From a virus (taxonomy: Duplodnaviria > Caudoviricetes), in the IMG/VR virus record IMGVR_UViG_3300046490_000013, positions 1-37,483 of that record: a stretch of DNA of 37,483 nucleotides. One strand, given 5' to 3'. Both the position numbers and the translations under genes were made by a program. Below, one piece after another: positions 35,930 to 37,483 of this stretch (position 1 is its first letter; every line of letters starts with the position of its first letter). A model generated the notes under the pieces. That model ran no database searches and was not told where the DNA came from. It saw only the letters and a list, made by a program, of their open reading frames with translations.

Positions 35930-36187
35930 ATGCCCAAGATTCAAGGTTTCCAGGTTGCCGGCAAGGCATGGGTTGCCCTGTTCGGTTCGCTGCTCACGTT
36001 CTTCGTCCCACTGGCAGTTCAGTATTCGGCGTCCCTGCCTGCACCGTGGCCGTCGCTCATAGGTGTCGTTGTCGCGCTGCTCACCGCCGTCGGTGTCTAC
36101 CACGCGCCGTATCAGCCTGTCGCGCCGCGCAATTCAGCCGGCCCTAGCTCGCCTACCTCGTCCAGTAATCCCTGGCCCACCTCGTAA
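35930..36187 (+). CDS. Holin
   Basis: 85 aa, two hydrophobic segments (KAWVALFGSLL...; IGVVVALLTAVGVY), AGGAG RBS, follows lysin A. Confidence 0.85.
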   Translation: MPKIQGFQVAGKAWVALFGSLLTFFVPLAVQYSASLPAPWPSLIGVVVALLTAVGVYHAPYQPVAPRNSAGPSSPTSSSNPWPTS

Positions 36188-36193
36188 TCCCTT

Positions 36194-36223
36194 CCGCCGC
36201 AGCCGGTTCCAGGGCGACGGTGG
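36194..36223 (+). promoter_or_regulatory. Leader hairpin enclosing a GCCGGTTCCAGG box and pairing into the RBS region of the next gene
   Basis: CCGCCG (36194-36199) can pair with CGGTGG (36218-36223); box at 36202-36213; ATG at 36230. Confidence 0.45.
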
Positions 36224-36229
36224 TGAACA

Positions 36230-36724
36230 ATGGAGTTTCCCAGGTGGATTCGTAGGGTCGACCGGTATTTCGGGCAGGACGGCTGGAGTCTCGTCGCGTT
36301 CCAGCCGATCCTCTATTTCTTCTTGTGGGGCGCGGCAATTCGGCTGTGGATCGACGCCGACCCGCCGCCCAACTTCGATGACATCATCACCCAAGGCTTC
36401 TACCCGGTGTGGCTCTCGCTTGGGATCATCGGCCCTCCGCTCGCGCTGCTGTCCTGGTTCCTCATCCAAAAGTGTTACGGCAAGTGGACTTTCATCGGCA
36501 TGTGGGTGCGCTGGGCTGCCGACGTGACGATGTTCATCGCCGTGCTGACCTACCACCTGACCAACGTCGCCAAGGCTGCGACAGAGTCTCGCATCTACTC
36601 GCGCTACATCGTCGGCGCGACACTGGTGTTCATCTTGTGCCTCATCGTCCGCGATGCCTGGGTCATCTTCATCACCGAGCGTCTCGCGATGCGGATTCAT
36701 CGAGGTGAACAGTGGCCGAGTTGA
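36230..36724 (+). CDS. Four-TM membrane protein of the lysis cassette
   Basis: 164 aa with four hydrophobic stretches; follows holin. Confidence 0.8.
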   Translation: MEFPRWIRRVDRYFGQDGWSLVAFQPILYFFLWGAAIRLWIDADPPPNFDDIITQGFYPVWLSLGIIGPPLALLSWFLIQKCYGKWTFIGMWVRWAADVTMFIAVLTYHLTNVAKAATESRIYSRYIVGATLVFILCLIVRDAWVIFITERLAMRIHRGEQWPS

Positions 36725-37032
36725 TTCCCGCGCTGTTGACCGGTGGCCTGGGCGCGGCACTGGGTGGCATCGGAACCGCTGTGATACAAAGCTTTTCGGG
36801 CAAGGGAGTCTCGCGCGCCGAGGCGGCAGACCGGGTCACCAATGCCGCCGGTAACCTGGCCGACCGCCTCGACAAGGAGATCGCGCGCCGCGACACCGAG
36901 ATCCAGCGCATGCGAAAAGCGTTGTCCTCCTTGACCGAGGCCATCGAGGATCTGCTGCCGATGGTGCAGTCTCAGGAGATCCGCACTAAGACCCAGGCCG
37001 CGATCCACGAAGCGAGACTGGCTTTTCGATGA
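36712..37032 (+). CDS. Single-TM plus coiled-coil membrane protein of the lysis cassette
   Basis: 106 aa. N-terminal Gly-rich hydrophobic helix then heptad-like region; GAGGT RBS. Confidence 0.8.
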   Translation: MAELIPALLTGGLGAALGGIGTAVIQSFSGKGVSRAEAADRVTNAAGNLADRLDKEIARRDTEIQRMRKALSSLTEAIEDLLPMVQSQEIRTKTQAAIHEARLAFR

Positions 37033-37171
37033 TCACCACGTCGAGCAGGCCGCCCGATCCCGCGCACATTCCGCCGCCCTCACGTCTCCTGTGGTCGATG
37101 GCGGGTCTGTCTTCAGGCATCGGGCACCCGCACGTCGGGCACGAGCAGCGGTAGCTCCTGCCGTCCTTCAC
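36986..37171 (-). CDS. Small putative zinc-finger protein (61 aa)
   Basis: GTGA coupling to the upstream minus gene; CPTC...H...CAGSG pattern; 47-nt convergent overlap with 36712..37032. Confidence 0.55.
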   Translation of the reverse strand: MKDGRSYRCSCPTCGCPMPEDRPAIDHRRREGGGMCAGSGGLLDVVIIEKPVSLRGSRPGS

Positions 37172-37371
37172 AGGCTGCGCTCGATGGCCTTGATGCCCTG
37201 GTATTCGGCGAAGGCGATCAGTTCGTCGGCATCGCGAAAACCAAAGAGGCCGGCCAGGATTCGCGCGTCCTCCTTCGTAATGTATTGCGGGCCTGTGGGT
37301 TTCGGCCTGGACTTCGCGCCGGAATAGATGGGCCGGATGTCGCTGGTTCGGCGCAGCGGATGGGTGCCCAC
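37168..37371 (-). CDS. Small hypothetical protein (67 aa)
   Basis: TAGTG coupling upstream, GTGA coupling downstream. Confidence 0.65.
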   Translation of the reverse strand: MGTHPLRRTSDIRPIYSGAKSRPKPTGPQYITKEDARILAGLFGFRDADELIAFAEYQGIKAIERSL

Positions 37372-37454
37372 TAGCGCACCGCCGCCATGTAGATCAGCGT
37401 CAGTCCGCCGCCGATGAGCGCGCCCATGAGGACGCTCAGCAGGATGGTTTTCAT
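37371..37454 (-). CDS. 27-aa hydrophobic peptide MKTILLSVLMGALIGGGLTLIYMAAVR
   Basis: GGAGGAACC-ATG start on the minus strand; its stop overlaps the next start; too short for the ORF track. Confidence 0.65.
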   Translation of the reverse strand: MKTILLSVLMGALIGGGLTLIYMAAVR

Positions 37455-37483
37455 GGTTCCTCCAGGGTTGGTGTGGAGAAACG

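Larger units (their letters stand above)
1..37483 (+). mobile_element. Actinobacteriophage (mycobacteriophage-like siphovirus) or prophage: packaging, head, tail and lysis modules
   Basis: Canonical siphovirus gene order, tight ATGA/GTGA/TAATG gene overlaps, high GC, chaperone slippery site, mycobacteriophage-style lysin A. No integrase or att site in the window, so free phage versus prophage cannot be decided. Confidence 0.95.

Noticed and set aside
1-37483. CRISPR array, tRNA genes, or genome-wide TAG reassignment
   Set aside because: No regularly spaced repeats or cloverleaf-sized intergenic gaps seen; TAG ends genes at expected positions (for example major tail and tape measure), so the standard code fits.

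Overview
This window is the left arm of a GC-rich, long-tailed (siphovirus-type) actinobacteriophage or prophage, most similar in organisation to mycobacteriophages. One tightly packed plus-strand operon runs: terminase small and large subunits, portal, an unusually long (973 aa) capsid-maturation/MuF-like protein with two appended domains, three small inserted ORFs, scaffold, major capsid, head-tail connectors, major tail, tail assembly chaperones (GGGAAAA -1 frameshift), tape measure with enzyme-like domains, about 15 minor-tail/fibre genes interrupted by a free-standing HNH gene, lysin A, holin and two membrane genes. A minus-strand operon of tiny ORFs enters at the right edge. I saw no tRNA, CRISPR array, integrase, reverse transcriptase or lysin B. 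Most notable observations: (1) a hairpin after the major tail gene displays a loop perfectly complementary over 12 nt to the leader of the major tail gene and to the leader of a lysis-region gene about 24.6 kb away, with further partial matches in the chaperone leader, suggesting an RNA switch or sRNA; (2) the head-morphogenesis protein carries a zincin-like domain and a glycosylase-like domain and is followed by candidate partner ORFs, two of which look paralogous; (3) a tail-fibre knuckle domain is split across consecutive gene boundaries twice. All protein calls come from motif and synteny recognition by eye; no searches were run.
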